35,316 nt of DNA. Source: a virus. Its lineage: Duplodnaviria; Caudoviricetes. The notes under the pieces were generated by a model. The model made no database searches. It was not told the origin of the DNA and saw only the letters and a program-made list of their open reading frames with translations. The translations under genes and the position numbers were made by a program. Below are positions 1-10,128 of this stretch, in pieces. How positions within the stretch are numbered: the stretch's first letter is position 1; the number at the start of each line of letters is the position of its first letter. Location of the stretch: IMG/VR virus record IMGVR_UViG_3300022178_005428, positions 1 through 35,316 of that record; one strand, written 5' to 3'.

Positions 1-111
1 ATTAACCTTGCCGCTGAAGCTACCAACTCAAATTCCAGCACTATATCTAAAGTATGTAGGGGGATATTCGGGCAAACAAACGGCTATAAATTTAAATATA
101 AAACATTATGA
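1..111 (+). CDS. C-terminal fragment of a NUMOD1/IENR1-domain protein (probable HNH or GIY-YIG homing endonuclease), 5' partial
   Basis: Frame 1 reads INLAAEATNSNSSTISKVCRGIFGQTNGYKFKYKTL*, matching the NUMOD1 pattern (AA...I..vC.G...t.GY.f.Y). Its stop overlaps the next ATG (ATGA). Not in the ORF track. Confidence 0.6.
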   Translation: MNLAAEATNSNSSTISKVCRGIFGQTNGYKFKYKTL

Positions 112-374
112 GCGAAGTATTAAAACCCCAATCAATAAGGAATAACGTAAAAATTACTTGGAATGGAGAACCTATTTCTAAACAAGAAATTATAGATATG
201 AGTGTTCTTTGGAGTGATAAGCAGATCCTATTCTTTAAAAAAATGCTTAAACAAGGAGGTACTGTTAAAATAGATAATAACAAATTCAAAATTGTTATTA
301 CAGAACCTATTTTAACTTCTAGAGGTCTTAAAGATGGAGGAATTCAACAAGTTGATCCCGAAGCTAGGTTTTAA
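108..374 (+). CDS. hypothetical protein (88 aa), translationally coupled to the polymerase fragment
   Basis: ORF with ATGA and TAATG overlaps on both sides; no recognisable motif. Confidence 0.7.
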   Translation: MSEVLKPQSIRNNVKITWNGEPISKQEIIDMSVLWSDKQILFFKKMLKQGGTVKIDNNKFKIVITEPILTSRGLKDGGIQQVDPEARF

Positions 375-1306
375 TGAAACATTTAGAAGAAACACCTTGG
401 TGGATTTGTGATGAAGGCGATTACAACTTTTGTGCTTATGTAGACACAGATTCTAATTACTTTAATGCTGAACCCCTACTTAAACATTTGTACCCTAATT
501 TCGAAGAAATGGGTGATATAGAGAAGGATGATCTACTAGAAGAAATTGCCCTTAAATATCAAGATATTATTACAAATGACTATGATAGACTAGCTCGAGA
601 TTGTTTTAATGTTACAGAACACAGGCTTGAAATGAAAACTGAAGCCGTTATTCGTTCTGCCTATTTTAGAGCTACTAGAAGATACGCCCAATGGATTACA
701 AAACAGGAGGGTATTGCTAAGGAATCACTTGATATTAAAGGACTTGAATTTAAAAAAGCAAATTTCCCCCCTATTTTTGGGAAGTTTTTTAATGATATTC
801 TCCAACAAATTCTAAAGGGCGCAGAGCAGAAACATATTGATAAGCTAATTTTAGATTTTAGAACTACAATTTTATCTAACAGTACAGATATTGCCCTTTT
901 AGGCAACCCCACATCAGTAAAAACTTTAAATGAATATGTAACTCGAAAACCAAGAGCAGGTGAAGTATTAACTGAAATAGCAAAAGGAGCTCCTGTAGGA
1001 GTAAAAGCAGCAGTTAGATATAATGACTTACTTCACTTTTGGCAACTAGATAAACAACATAGTACTATAGTTCAAGGTGATAAGATTAAATGGATTTATT
1101 TAATTGACAATCCCTATAAAATTGAAGCAATTGGTTTCCTATCATTTGATGTTCCTGATAGAATGCGTAAATTCTTAAATGATTATGCTGATAGAAAAAA
1201 ATCATTCGAAACAATTCTTCAATCTAAACTAGAAAATTTTTACACCGATCTAGGTTGGACTCTTAGCTTAAACCCTAACATTAATAAATTCTTCCAATTC
1301 CAATGA
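374..1306 (+). CDS. polB: family B DNA polymerase, C-terminal subunit only (motif C palm + thumb)
   Basis: YVDTDS (motif C) at about residue 22-27, RRYA, and IKGLE thumb motif. No exonuclease, motif A or motif B. Directly upstream of the sliding clamp. Confidence 0.9.
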   Translation: MKHLEETPWWICDEGDYNFCAYVDTDSNYFNAEPLLKHLYPNFEEMGDIEKDDLLEEIALKYQDIITNDYDRLARDCFNVTEHRLEMKTEAVIRSAYFRATRRYAQWITKQEGIAKESLDIKGLEFKKANFPPIFGKFFNDILQQILKGAEQKHIDKLILDFRTTILSNSTDIALLGNPTSVKTLNEYVTRKPRAGEVLTEIAKGAPVGVKAAVRYNDLLHFWQLDKQHSTIVQGDKIKWIYLIDNPYKIEAIGFLSFDVPDRMRKFLNDYADRKKSFETILQSKLENFYTDLGWTLSLNPNINKFFQFQ

Positions 1307-2055
1307 TAACAAAAAACAAATTACAATCGATTATTTCTAAGTATTACCTTGGGGGTAAAGTAGAATCTGTTAAATGGAAAGTCAAGGATAGTAAACTTGA
1401 TATTGATTTTATGGCACCTACTAAGGATATGATTGGTAAACTATCATGTAGTGACTTTTCTATGGTTAATGAGGGTGAAATGGCTATCTTTAACACAACA
1501 CAACTTAATAGACTACTAAATGTATTAGCGGGTGATTTAATGCTTGATGCTTCTAAAACAAATAAAGTATTAACTAAACTTACTATTCAAGACGCTAAAG
1601 CTTCTATCAATTACTCATTAGCTGATCCTCTTATGATACATAAAGTAGGTGAGGTAGATGAAAATATCGAATGGAAAGTAGAAACAACACTTGAAAATGA
1701 TGACTTCACTACGTTTGTACGAGCAGCCGCTTCAATTCAAGGGAATGAAATTGTTACATTAAGTGCTACTAGGGATACAATCGATACTCCTATTTTAAAG
1801 TTTACATTTGGTGAACGTATGGAATTTTCTAATAAAGTAGAATTTCATGTTAATGCTAACTTTATTGAGGGTACTCGAGAAGATAATAAAATTCCATTTA
1901 ACAGTGAAATGTTAAGGGAAATATTTAGTGCTAATAAAAATTCTGATGAATGTAAATTAAGTTTTGCGGATGATGGATTACTTCGTTTAATTTTCACATC
2001 AGAAGATGAAAACACAAATACTACTTATTTCGTTGTACGGAAAGCAGATTATTAA
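1303..2055 (+). CDS. sliding clamp / polymerase processivity factor (gp45/PCNA-like)
   Basis: 250 aa with a two-domain beta-rich pattern and INYSLADP resembling the gp45 Y..AD/P region. Sits between the polymerase and the clamp loader. Confidence 0.75.
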   Translation: MITKNKLQSIISKYYLGGKVESVKWKVKDSKLDIDFMAPTKDMIGKLSCSDFSMVNEGEMAIFNTTQLNRLLNVLAGDLMLDASKTNKVLTKLTIQDAKASINYSLADPLMIHKVGEVDENIEWKVETTLENDDFTTFVRAAASIQGNEIVTLSATRDTIDTPILKFTFGERMEFSNKVEFHVNANFIEGTREDNKIPFNSEMLREIFSANKNSDECKLSFADDGLLRLIFTSEDENTNTTYFVVRKADY

Positions 2056-2066
2056 TATTTATCAAT

Positions 2067-2540
2067 ATGGCACAAATTAGTTCAACATACAATGATATAG
2101 GATACGCTACAGATCGTACTATGGAAATCATTAACGACACCTTTAGAAACAGTCTATCAGGAGTTGATTTTTTAGAAAAGCACATTGAAGGGGGATTAAG
2201 TAAATGGGTTCAAGATATAGATGCTTTTAAAGAAAAATATGAATTCCAAACTGAGTTTAATCAAATTAACCCTGCGGGAGTATTAGAGCTCCAACCTGAA
2301 CTTTATGTTAGGTTAGCTATGGGATTAATGAATCATGCTCGATCACAAGGTGAATTTGAACAGCTTACTGATGAAGAATTTACTTCTCTAAAACAGGAAT
2401 TTATAGATAATCCTGAGAATTTCCAATCCGCTAAACGAAGAGAAATTTCAATCAAATATGATAAAGAAATGAATGAAAGATTAGAAATTGAAAATTGGAC
2501 TAAACGTCAATGGCAGCACAGAGCAGGAATTATAAAATGA
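2067..2540 (+). CDS. hypothetical protein
   Basis: 157 aa ORF preceded by an ATATTTAT motif 4 nt upstream of the ATG. Confidence 0.7.
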   Translation: MAQISSTYNDIGYATDRTMEIINDTFRNSLSGVDFLEKHIEGGLSKWVQDIDAFKEKYEFQTEFNQINPAGVLELQPELYVRLAMGLMNHARSQGEFEQLTDEEFTSLKQEFIDNPENFQSAKRREISIKYDKEMNERLEIENWTKRQWQHRAGIIK

Positions 2541-2541
2541 T

Positions 2542-2572
2542 TTTGCATTAAAAAATAAGTTTCGTATATTTA
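2542..2572 (+). promoter_or_regulatory. Bacteroidota-type (-33/-7) promoter upstream of hsp20
   Basis: TTTG (2542-2545), 19-nt spacer, TATATTTA (2565-2572) preceded by TTCG; one of 8 copies. Confidence 0.65.
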
Positions 2573-2658
2573 TAGAAAATTCGGGTGAACCCTCAGGACG
2601 CCTAAGTTATGAGAATTAATTATTAACCGCTACCTTAGGGGGCACAAAAACGTAAAAA

Positions 2659-3090
2659 ATGACACACGTAGATTTATTCAATCCGAGGTTTACTTCACCT
2701 CTAGACGTTCTAGTAAAGAACTTTTTCGACAAAGAAGCAATTTTTGACAAACCATCACGAACAAGCGTTACACATCCTATTGATGTGTATGAAGATGAAA
2801 ATGGTTTAAATTTTGAGATCGCATGTACTGGACTAAGTAAAGACGATGTAGACATCTCAATTGAAGGTGATATCCTTAAAGTATCCTATGATAAAGGATC
2901 CGAACAACAATCCACAAAAGAAAAACGCTACTACCACTCAGGGGTAAAAAAGAGCAGCTTTGATTTAGGCTGGAAAGTAGCACGTCGATTTGATCTTGTA
3001 AAATCATCTGCCGAAATGGTAAATGGTTTACTTCAAATCCAAATCCCACTTGCTAACGAAGCAAAGCCAAAATACCTTAAAATTAAATAA
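2659..3090 (+). CDS. hsp20: small heat-shock protein Hsp20 (alpha-crystallin domain)
   Basis: PIDVYE, G.SKDDVDISIEGDILKV, AEMVNGLLQIQIP and a C-terminal L-K-I (IXI) motif. Confidence 0.95.
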   Translation: MTHVDLFNPRFTSPLDVLVKNFFDKEAIFDKPSRTSVTHPIDVYEDENGLNFEIACTGLSKDDVDISIEGDILKVSYDKGSEQQSTKEKRYYHSGVKKSSFDLGWKVARRFDLVKSSAEMVNGLLQIQIPLANEAKPKYLKIK

Positions 3091-3097
3091 TAAAAAA

Positions 3098-3153
3098 TTT
3101 GGAGTCCTGAAGATTCGTTCGTATATTTACGGGGTAAGGTTGCGACCGCAATC
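3098..3153 (+). promoter_or_regulatory. Bacteroidota-type promoter with conserved leader upstream of the groES-groEL unit
   Basis: TTTG, 20-nt spacer, TATATTTA (3122-3129), then CGGGGTAAGGTTGCG and the hairpin GGTTGCG-AC-CGCAATC. Confidence 0.75.
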
Positions 3154-3183
3154 AAACGTAATTTAATTAATTTTTAAAAGGTT

Positions 3184-3437
3184 ATGCAGTATATTAAAGA
3201 TGCTATTTTAGGAGATTATTATATCGTTTTAGACGAATATAATTTCTCAGCTTACAAAGTTATCACTCCTGATAGCGGAATCCCTTACGACTCATGTGTA
3301 GGCCATTATAAGAACTTAAGTTCGGCCCTCAAACAAATCGCAGACAATACTATGAAAGGTAAGTCTTACGATAGTATTAAACAGTATATTAGTGAATATA
3401 AATCAATTTTAAACAAATTTAACGAAAAATTTTTATA

Positions 3438-3438
<1 letters not shown>
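3184..3438 (+). CDS. hypothetical protein
   Basis: 84 aa ORF after the promoter, with a TAATG overlap into groES. Confidence 0.7.
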
Positions 3439-5344
<1,906 letters not shown>

Positions 5345-5353
5345 ATTTAGATA

Positions 5354-5623
5354 ATGTCTGGATTTGAAACAGTAGAACAGAAGCAACTCATCGCAAAGAG
5401 AGTTGCACCTGGAGATTCTTGGAGATTAGTGGACGACCCCCAGGGGGTCGTCCATTCTTCCCTTACTGAAACATTAGAAGCATATTTCCAAAAAACTCGA
5501 TTTAATGCTGCTTTTTATTTAGACCCCATTGGGAGTGCTTTATATTCAGTAGCTAGAGTTGAGATTGAAATTAAACCCGAACCAATTAAAACATTTGACT
5601 TTTATGGAGATGGCTACGAATAA
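5354..5623 (+). CDS. hypothetical protein
   Basis: 89 aa ORF between groEL and the clamp loader. Confidence 0.7.
   Translation: MSGFETVEQKQLIAKRVAPGDSWRLVDDPQGVVHSSLTETLEAYFQKTRFNAAFYLDPIGSALYSVARVEIEIKPEPIKTFDFYGDGYE
5428..5464 (+). terminator. strong intragenic hairpin, probable terminator or 3' stabiliser of the groES-groEL transcript
   Basis: TGGACGACCCC-CAG-GGGGTCGTCCA, a perfect 11-bp stem (5430-5454) followed by TTCTTCCCTT, about 85 nt after the groEL stop. Confidence 0.5.
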
Positions 5624-6530
5624 TTCCCTTTGGGTCGAGAAATACAGGCCAACCACACTGGATAATTACATAGGTAATGAGCACCTTAAAGGTGTTATGG
5701 CTAAGAACATATCTGAAAATGATATGAACAATATGATTTTTTATGGCCCAAGTGGCACAGGTAAAACTACACTTGCTAAGCTATTAGTTAAAAATCTTAA
5801 CTGTGATTATCTCTATATTAACAGCAGCGACGAAAGGGGTATTGAAACTATTAGAGACAAAGTATCAGGATTTGCTAGTACAATGTCTTTTAAACCCCTT
5901 AAGGTGGTTATTTTAGATGAGGCTGATTTTTTAACAATCCAGGCTCAAGCTTCACTTCGAAATGTTATCGAAACATTTTCTAAAAGTACACGATTTATTT
6001 TAACTTGCAATTATGTAGAGCGTATCATTGATCCTCTCCAATCACGTTGTCAAGTACTTAAAATTGTACCTCCTAGTAAAGGTGAAGTAGCAAAACATAT
6101 TTTTAATGTTTTATCTAAAGAGAATGTACAACATAGTACTGACCATCTTAAAGATTTAATAAATCAATACTATCCTGATGTACGTAAGATGCTCAATGTA
6201 TGTCAAATGTCTTCTAAAGATGGTGAGTTAGAACTAGATAAACAAACACTTGTATCAAGCAATTATGTTGATAAAGTAATTGAATTATTGCCTAATAAAA
6301 AGTCATTTAAACAAATTAGACAGGTTATCGCCGATTCCAATGTAAATGATTTTGAAGCGCTGTATAAAACGCTATATGAACGTATGGACGAATATACATC
6401 ACGTCCTGCTGAAGCGATTATTATTATTGAAGAATATATGTACCATTCAAATTTTCGAATTGATAAAGAAATCAACATTGCAGCATGCATTGCTAAATTA
6501 CTAGAAATCTCAGGAAAAATTGTTATATAA
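5610..6530 (+). CDS. clamp loader AAA+ subunit (RFC small subunit / T4 gp44-like); start at 5604 or 5610
   Basis: LWVEKYRP, Walker A GPSGTGKTT, Walker B ILDEAD, QASLR and SRC motif. Confidence 0.95.
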   Translation: MATNNSLWVEKYRPTTLDNYIGNEHLKGVMAKNISENDMNNMIFYGPSGTGKTTLAKLLVKNLNCDYLYINSSDERGIETIRDKVSGFASTMSFKPLKVVILDEADFLTIQAQASLRNVIETFSKSTRFILTCNYVERIIDPLQSRCQVLKIVPPSKGEVAKHIFNVLSKENVQHSTDHLKDLINQYYPDVRKMLNVCQMSSKDGELELDKQTLVSSNYVDKVIELLPNKKSFKQIRQVIADSNVNDFEALYKTLYERMDEYTSRPAEAIIIIEEYMYHSNFRIDKEINIAACIAKLLEISGKIVI

Positions 6531-6732
6531 AGACCTAATAGAATTTGGAGATCGGAAATTCTTATTGTATCGTATGATAAGAGAAACAGAAAAAATCCAA
6601 CCCGATATCCTTAAAGAACATTGGCGTTGTGATACAGTATTAAAAAAAGAAAACATATATTACTTTTGTAATGAAATTAAAGAAACAGAATATGAAGAAA
6701 TCAGAAATGACCCCCCAACAACCTCAAATTGA
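6520..6732 (+). CDS. hypothetical protein
   Basis: 70 aa ORF (TTG start) overlapping both neighbours. Confidence 0.55.
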   Translation: MLYKDLIEFGDRKFLLYRMIRETEKIQPDILKEHWRCDTVLKKENIYYFCNEIKETEYEEIRNDPPTTSN

Positions 6733-6937
6733 TTTGAGTAAAACAACCTCTATCCCTAATGGATCAGGAGGTGAGGTATTTAAACAAGGATTTATTATGC
6801 GTAAAGTATCCCGCTTCATTACAGGTGGAGATGAAGACGCAGTAATGCCTATCCCCGTATTCTATGATGGAGCAACAGGCAAAATCCTTAAAGATACTTT
6901 ACCACCTGAAATTCGGGAGGATTATGACACTATTTAA
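6692..6937 (+). CDS. hypothetical protein (start uncertain: 6671, 6692 or 6707)
   Basis: ORF between the two clamp-loader subunits. Confidence 0.65.
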   Translation: MKKSEMTPQQPQIDLSKTTSIPNGSGGEVFKQGFIMRKVSRFITGGDEDAVMPIPVFYDGATGKILKDTLPPEIREDYDTI

Positions 6938-6939
6938 TC

Positions 6940-7350
6940 GTGAATTTATTTGATTGGTTAAAAGAGCTGACAGGCAAAAAACGTGATTGGGACTCCTTTT
7001 CTGATAAGGAGAAGGAGTCCTTTGTCCCGTATATGGTTAATCGTTTTTTATCTATGAATCAACCCTTTGTTGAGTTAGTAAACTATGTTCAAACTATACC
7101 TTATACTGAAAAAGAAAAATATTACACAGTATATTGTGGTTTACTACCTAAGCAAAATGTTTGGCTTAAATATATAAAATCAAAAATGAAACAGCCTAAA
7201 GTAGAATTAGTAGAGGCACTAGCTAAAATGTATGAGTGCTCTACTCGTGAAGCAGCAAATATGGTAATTGTTATGGATAATAATGATTTAGAAGAAATGC
7301 TTTACAAAGCCGGATACCAAGATAAAGAAATAGCAAATATGTTTAAGTAA
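6940..7350 (+). CDS. clamp loader A subunit (T4 gp62-like)
   Basis: LFDWL N-terminus and FVPYMVNRFLS motif typical of gp62 homologues; near the gp44-like gene. Confidence 0.75.
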   Translation: MNLFDWLKELTGKKRDWDSFSDKEKESFVPYMVNRFLSMNQPFVELVNYVQTIPYTEKEKYYTVYCGLLPKQNVWLKYIKSKMKQPKVELVEALAKMYECSTREAANMVIVMDNNDLEEMLYKAGYQDKEIANMFK

Positions 7351-7565
7351 TGGACAGTATAGTAAAATCAGTTTTAAAACAATTTACCGAACGAGCAGAG
7401 TTTGGTAAGAAAAAATATGGTGTTGACTTAGACAGAGAAGATTTAGTATTCGGTGAATGGGTTACTCATATGAAAGAAGAACTTATGGATGCCATACTTT
7501 ATTTAGAAAAATTAGAAAAGTTATATGGCAAAGAAGCCCCAAATACTCAAGGAGATACAAAATAA
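7350..7565 (+). CDS. small all-alpha NTP-pyrophosphohydrolase (MazG-like) family protein
   Basis: R...GKKKYG and EELMDAILY (EExxD) motifs. Confidence 0.45.
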   Translation: MDSIVKSVLKQFTERAEFGKKKYGVDLDREDLVFGEWVTHMKEELMDAILYLEKLEKLYGKEAPNTQGDTK

Positions 7566-8451
7566 GGAATTGCCTGAGGTAAATTACGCTTACCAAAAGA
7601 CTATTTCTTACTCCCAAATGTCAATGTATAGGAGTTGCCCTCACAAGTGGGAACTTCAATATAAAGAAGGACATTATAATAATGATCCTAACATTCATTT
7701 TACTTTTGGAACCTCGATGCATGAGGTAATTCAGGAGTGGCTTACTGTTTTATATGAAGAATCTTCACTCGTAGCAGATGATATGGACTTGGAAGGACTA
7801 TTCCAAGAAAAATTCATAAACCTCTACCAACAAGAATATAAAAAATTTAAAAATACCCACTATTCATCCCCAGAGGAGCTTAGAGAGTTTTTTGAGGATG
7901 GAGTAGCAATTCTTAATTTTCTTCAAAAGAAACGTAGTACTTATTTTAGTAAACGAGGATGGCACTTAGCTGGTATCGAATTACCTATCGTGATGAACGT
8001 TGGTAACAATTTGGTATACAAGGGTTTTATTGATATGGTATTATACCATGAACCCACAAACAAATTTTATATCTACGATATAAAAACGTCAAGAAGTGGA
8101 TGGAACGATAAAGCTAAAAAGGATGAAACTAAGCAAATGCAGTTAGTCCTTTATAAAAAGTTTTTTAATGAGCAGTATGGCATCCCACTTGAAGATATAG
8201 AAGTTGAATTCTTCATAGTTAAAAGAAAAATATGGGAAAATAGTGATTTCCCTATATACAGGGTACAACTCCATAAACCTGCTGCAGGACGAAATAAACT
8301 TAATAAAGCAGATCAAATCTTAGAAGAATTCATTAAAGAATGCTTTACCCCTAAAGGTAAGTACCAAGAAAAAGAACATCCTAAAATAGTATCCCCTTTA
8401 TGCAAGTGGTGTGCTTTTAATAATAATAAAGAATTATGCGATAAATCATAA
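7525..8451 (+). CDS. PD-(D/E)XK exonuclease, Cas4/AddB-like with a putative Fe-S cluster
   Basis: ISYS..CP, FGTSMHE, GFID, IYDIKT, QLVLY and C-terminal CKWC...C (1+3 cysteines). Confidence 0.85.
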   Translation: MAKKPQILKEIQNKELPEVNYAYQKTISYSQMSMYRSCPHKWELQYKEGHYNNDPNIHFTFGTSMHEVIQEWLTVLYEESSLVADDMDLEGLFQEKFINLYQQEYKKFKNTHYSSPEELREFFEDGVAILNFLQKKRSTYFSKRGWHLAGIELPIVMNVGNNLVYKGFIDMVLYHEPTNKFYIYDIKTSRSGWNDKAKKDETKQMQLVLYKKFFNEQYGIPLEDIEVEFFIVKRKIWENSDFPIYRVQLHKPAAGRNKLNKADQILEEFIKECFTPKGKYQEKEHPKIVSPLCKWCAFNNNKELCDKS

Positions 8452-8502
8452 TAATTCCTGACTCCGTACATACTTATATCCAACAAACATATAAAAAATA
8501 TT

Positions 8503-8688
8503 ATGAGTAAAAAAGATTTAACATTAACAAGCGTAAAAGTCCAAAGCGGCTTATTTGAAGAATTTAAGGTGTCATGTGTAAGACATAAATTTTCACTACA
8601 AAAACTTGCCGACCGAGCTATTCATTTGTATCTTACAGATGAGGATTTTAAACGGCAAATCCACAACCACAACAATTTAGATTTATAA
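8503..8688 (+). CDS. small DNA-binding protein, ribbon-helix-helix-like
   Basis: LTSVKV beta strand followed by two amphipathic helices (FEEFKVSC, SLQKLADRAIHLYL). Confidence 0.55.
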   Translation: MSKKDLTLTSVKVQSGLFEEFKVSCVRHKFSLQKLADRAIHLYLTDEDFKRQIHNHNNLDL

Positions 8689-8694
8689 TAGAAA

Positions 8695-10128
8695 ATGAAA
8701 AAAGGTTATATACCAAAAGATCAACGAAAGAAAATTTTGTTGATGTGTGACGATATTAGAACACATTCTGGAATTGGGACTGTAGCAAGAGAAATAGTAG
8801 TCCACACGGCCCACCATTTTAACTTTGTTAACATAGGAGCTGCAATCCAACACCCTGAAGCAGGAAAAAAGTTAGATATTAGTGAGGATACTAGTAAAGA
8901 AGCAGGAATTGAGGATGCTTCAGTAATCATTTACCCAACTAACGGTTATGGATCCCCATCACTAGTCCGCCAGATGATAGCAACCGAAAAACCTGATGCT
9001 ATTTTTATCATAACTGATCCCCGATATTGGACTTGGCTATTTCAAATGGAAGGAGAAATTAGAAAACAAATCCCGATCGCTTACTTAAACATTTGGGATG
9101 ACTACCCAGCCCCACGTTATAATGAATCTTTCTATGAGTCATGTGATTTGTTAATGGGTATCTCTAAACAAACAGTCAATATTAATAGGTTGGTTTTAGG
9201 AGATAAAGTACAAGATCGTATTTTAGAATATGTACCCCATGGTTTAAACCATAACACATTCAAACCCCTAGAAAAAGATAATACTGAATTAGTAGAATTT
9301 AAAAAGAATTTGTTTGGAGGTAAAGAATTTGATTTTGTTTCATTCTTTAACTCAAGAAATATTAGACGTAAGCAGATACCTGATACTATTTGGGCATTTA
9401 CACAATTTGTAGATAAATTACCTTTAGAAGAGGCTAAAAAATGTGCTTTAGTACTTCATACTCAAAAAGTAGATCCTAACGGTACTGATCTTCCTGCAGT
9501 AGCAGACATGCTTTGTGGTGATGATGAAAGATATAATATTATCTTCTCTGAAGATAGACTTACCCCACACCAAATGAATCTACTGTACAATAGTACTGAT
9601 GTCCAGATTCAACTTACTTCTAATGAAGGATGGGGTCTTAGTCTAACTGAAGCTATATTATCAGGTAATCCTATAATTGCTAATGTTACAGGAGGGATGC
9701 AAGACCAAATGAGATTCACAGATGAAAAAGGATTATGGTTCACACCCGATGAAAATATCCCCTCAAACCACAGAGGTACCTATAAAGAATGTGGACCTTG
9801 GGCATTCCCAGTCTTCCCAACAAGTATCTCAATTGTGGGTTCACCTCAAACTCCCTACATTTTTGATGATAGATGTGAAGCAAGTGATGCTGCGAATCAA
9901 ATCATGGAAGTTTACAACCTAGACCCTGAACGTAGAGAGGCTATTGGCTTAATGGGTAGAGAATGGGCTATTGGAAACGAAGCGGGTTTTACATCTGAAA
10001 AACAAGGTGAAAGAGTTATAGAAAATGTTGATAAACTTCTAGAAACTTGGCAACCCCGATCCCAATATGAGTTGGTAAAATCCACTCCACTTAAAAAGAA
10101 AGTTGCACAACATAATTTAGTATATTAA
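8695..10128 (+). CDS. glycosyltransferase, GT-B fold (GT4-like)
   Basis: YVPHG, RNIRRK and EGWGLSLTEA (EX7E motif), PIIANVTGG. Confidence 0.9.
   Translation: MKKGYIPKDQRKKILLMCDDIRTHSGIGTVAREIVVHTAHHFNFVNIGAAIQHPEAGKKLDISEDTSKEAGIEDASVIIYPTNGYGSPSLVRQMIATEKPDAIFIITDPRYWTWLFQMEGEIRKQIPIAYLNIWDDYPAPRYNESFYESCDLLMGISKQTVNINRLVLGDKVQDRILEYVPHGLNHNTFKPLEKDNTELVEFKKNLFGGKEFDFVSFFNSRNIRRKQIPDTIWAFTQFVDKLPLEEAKKCALVLHTQKVDPNGTDLPAVADMLCGDDERYNIIFSEDRLTPHQMNLLYNSTDVQIQLTSNEGWGLSLTEAILSGNPIIANVTGGMQDQMRFTDEKGLWFTPDENIPSNHRGTYKECGPWAFPVFPTSISIVGSPQTPYIFDDRCEASDAANQIMEVYNLDPERREAIGLMGREWAIGNEAGFTSEKQGERVIENVDKLLETWQPRSQYELVKSTPLKKKVAQHNLVY

Noticed and set aside
108-440. Split intein or group I intron joining the polymerase halves
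   Set aside because: There is no HN-(C/S/T) junction near the fragment N-terminus or in the 88-aa ORF, and the region is fully occupied by coupled ORFs. This cannot be fully excluded without upstream sequence.
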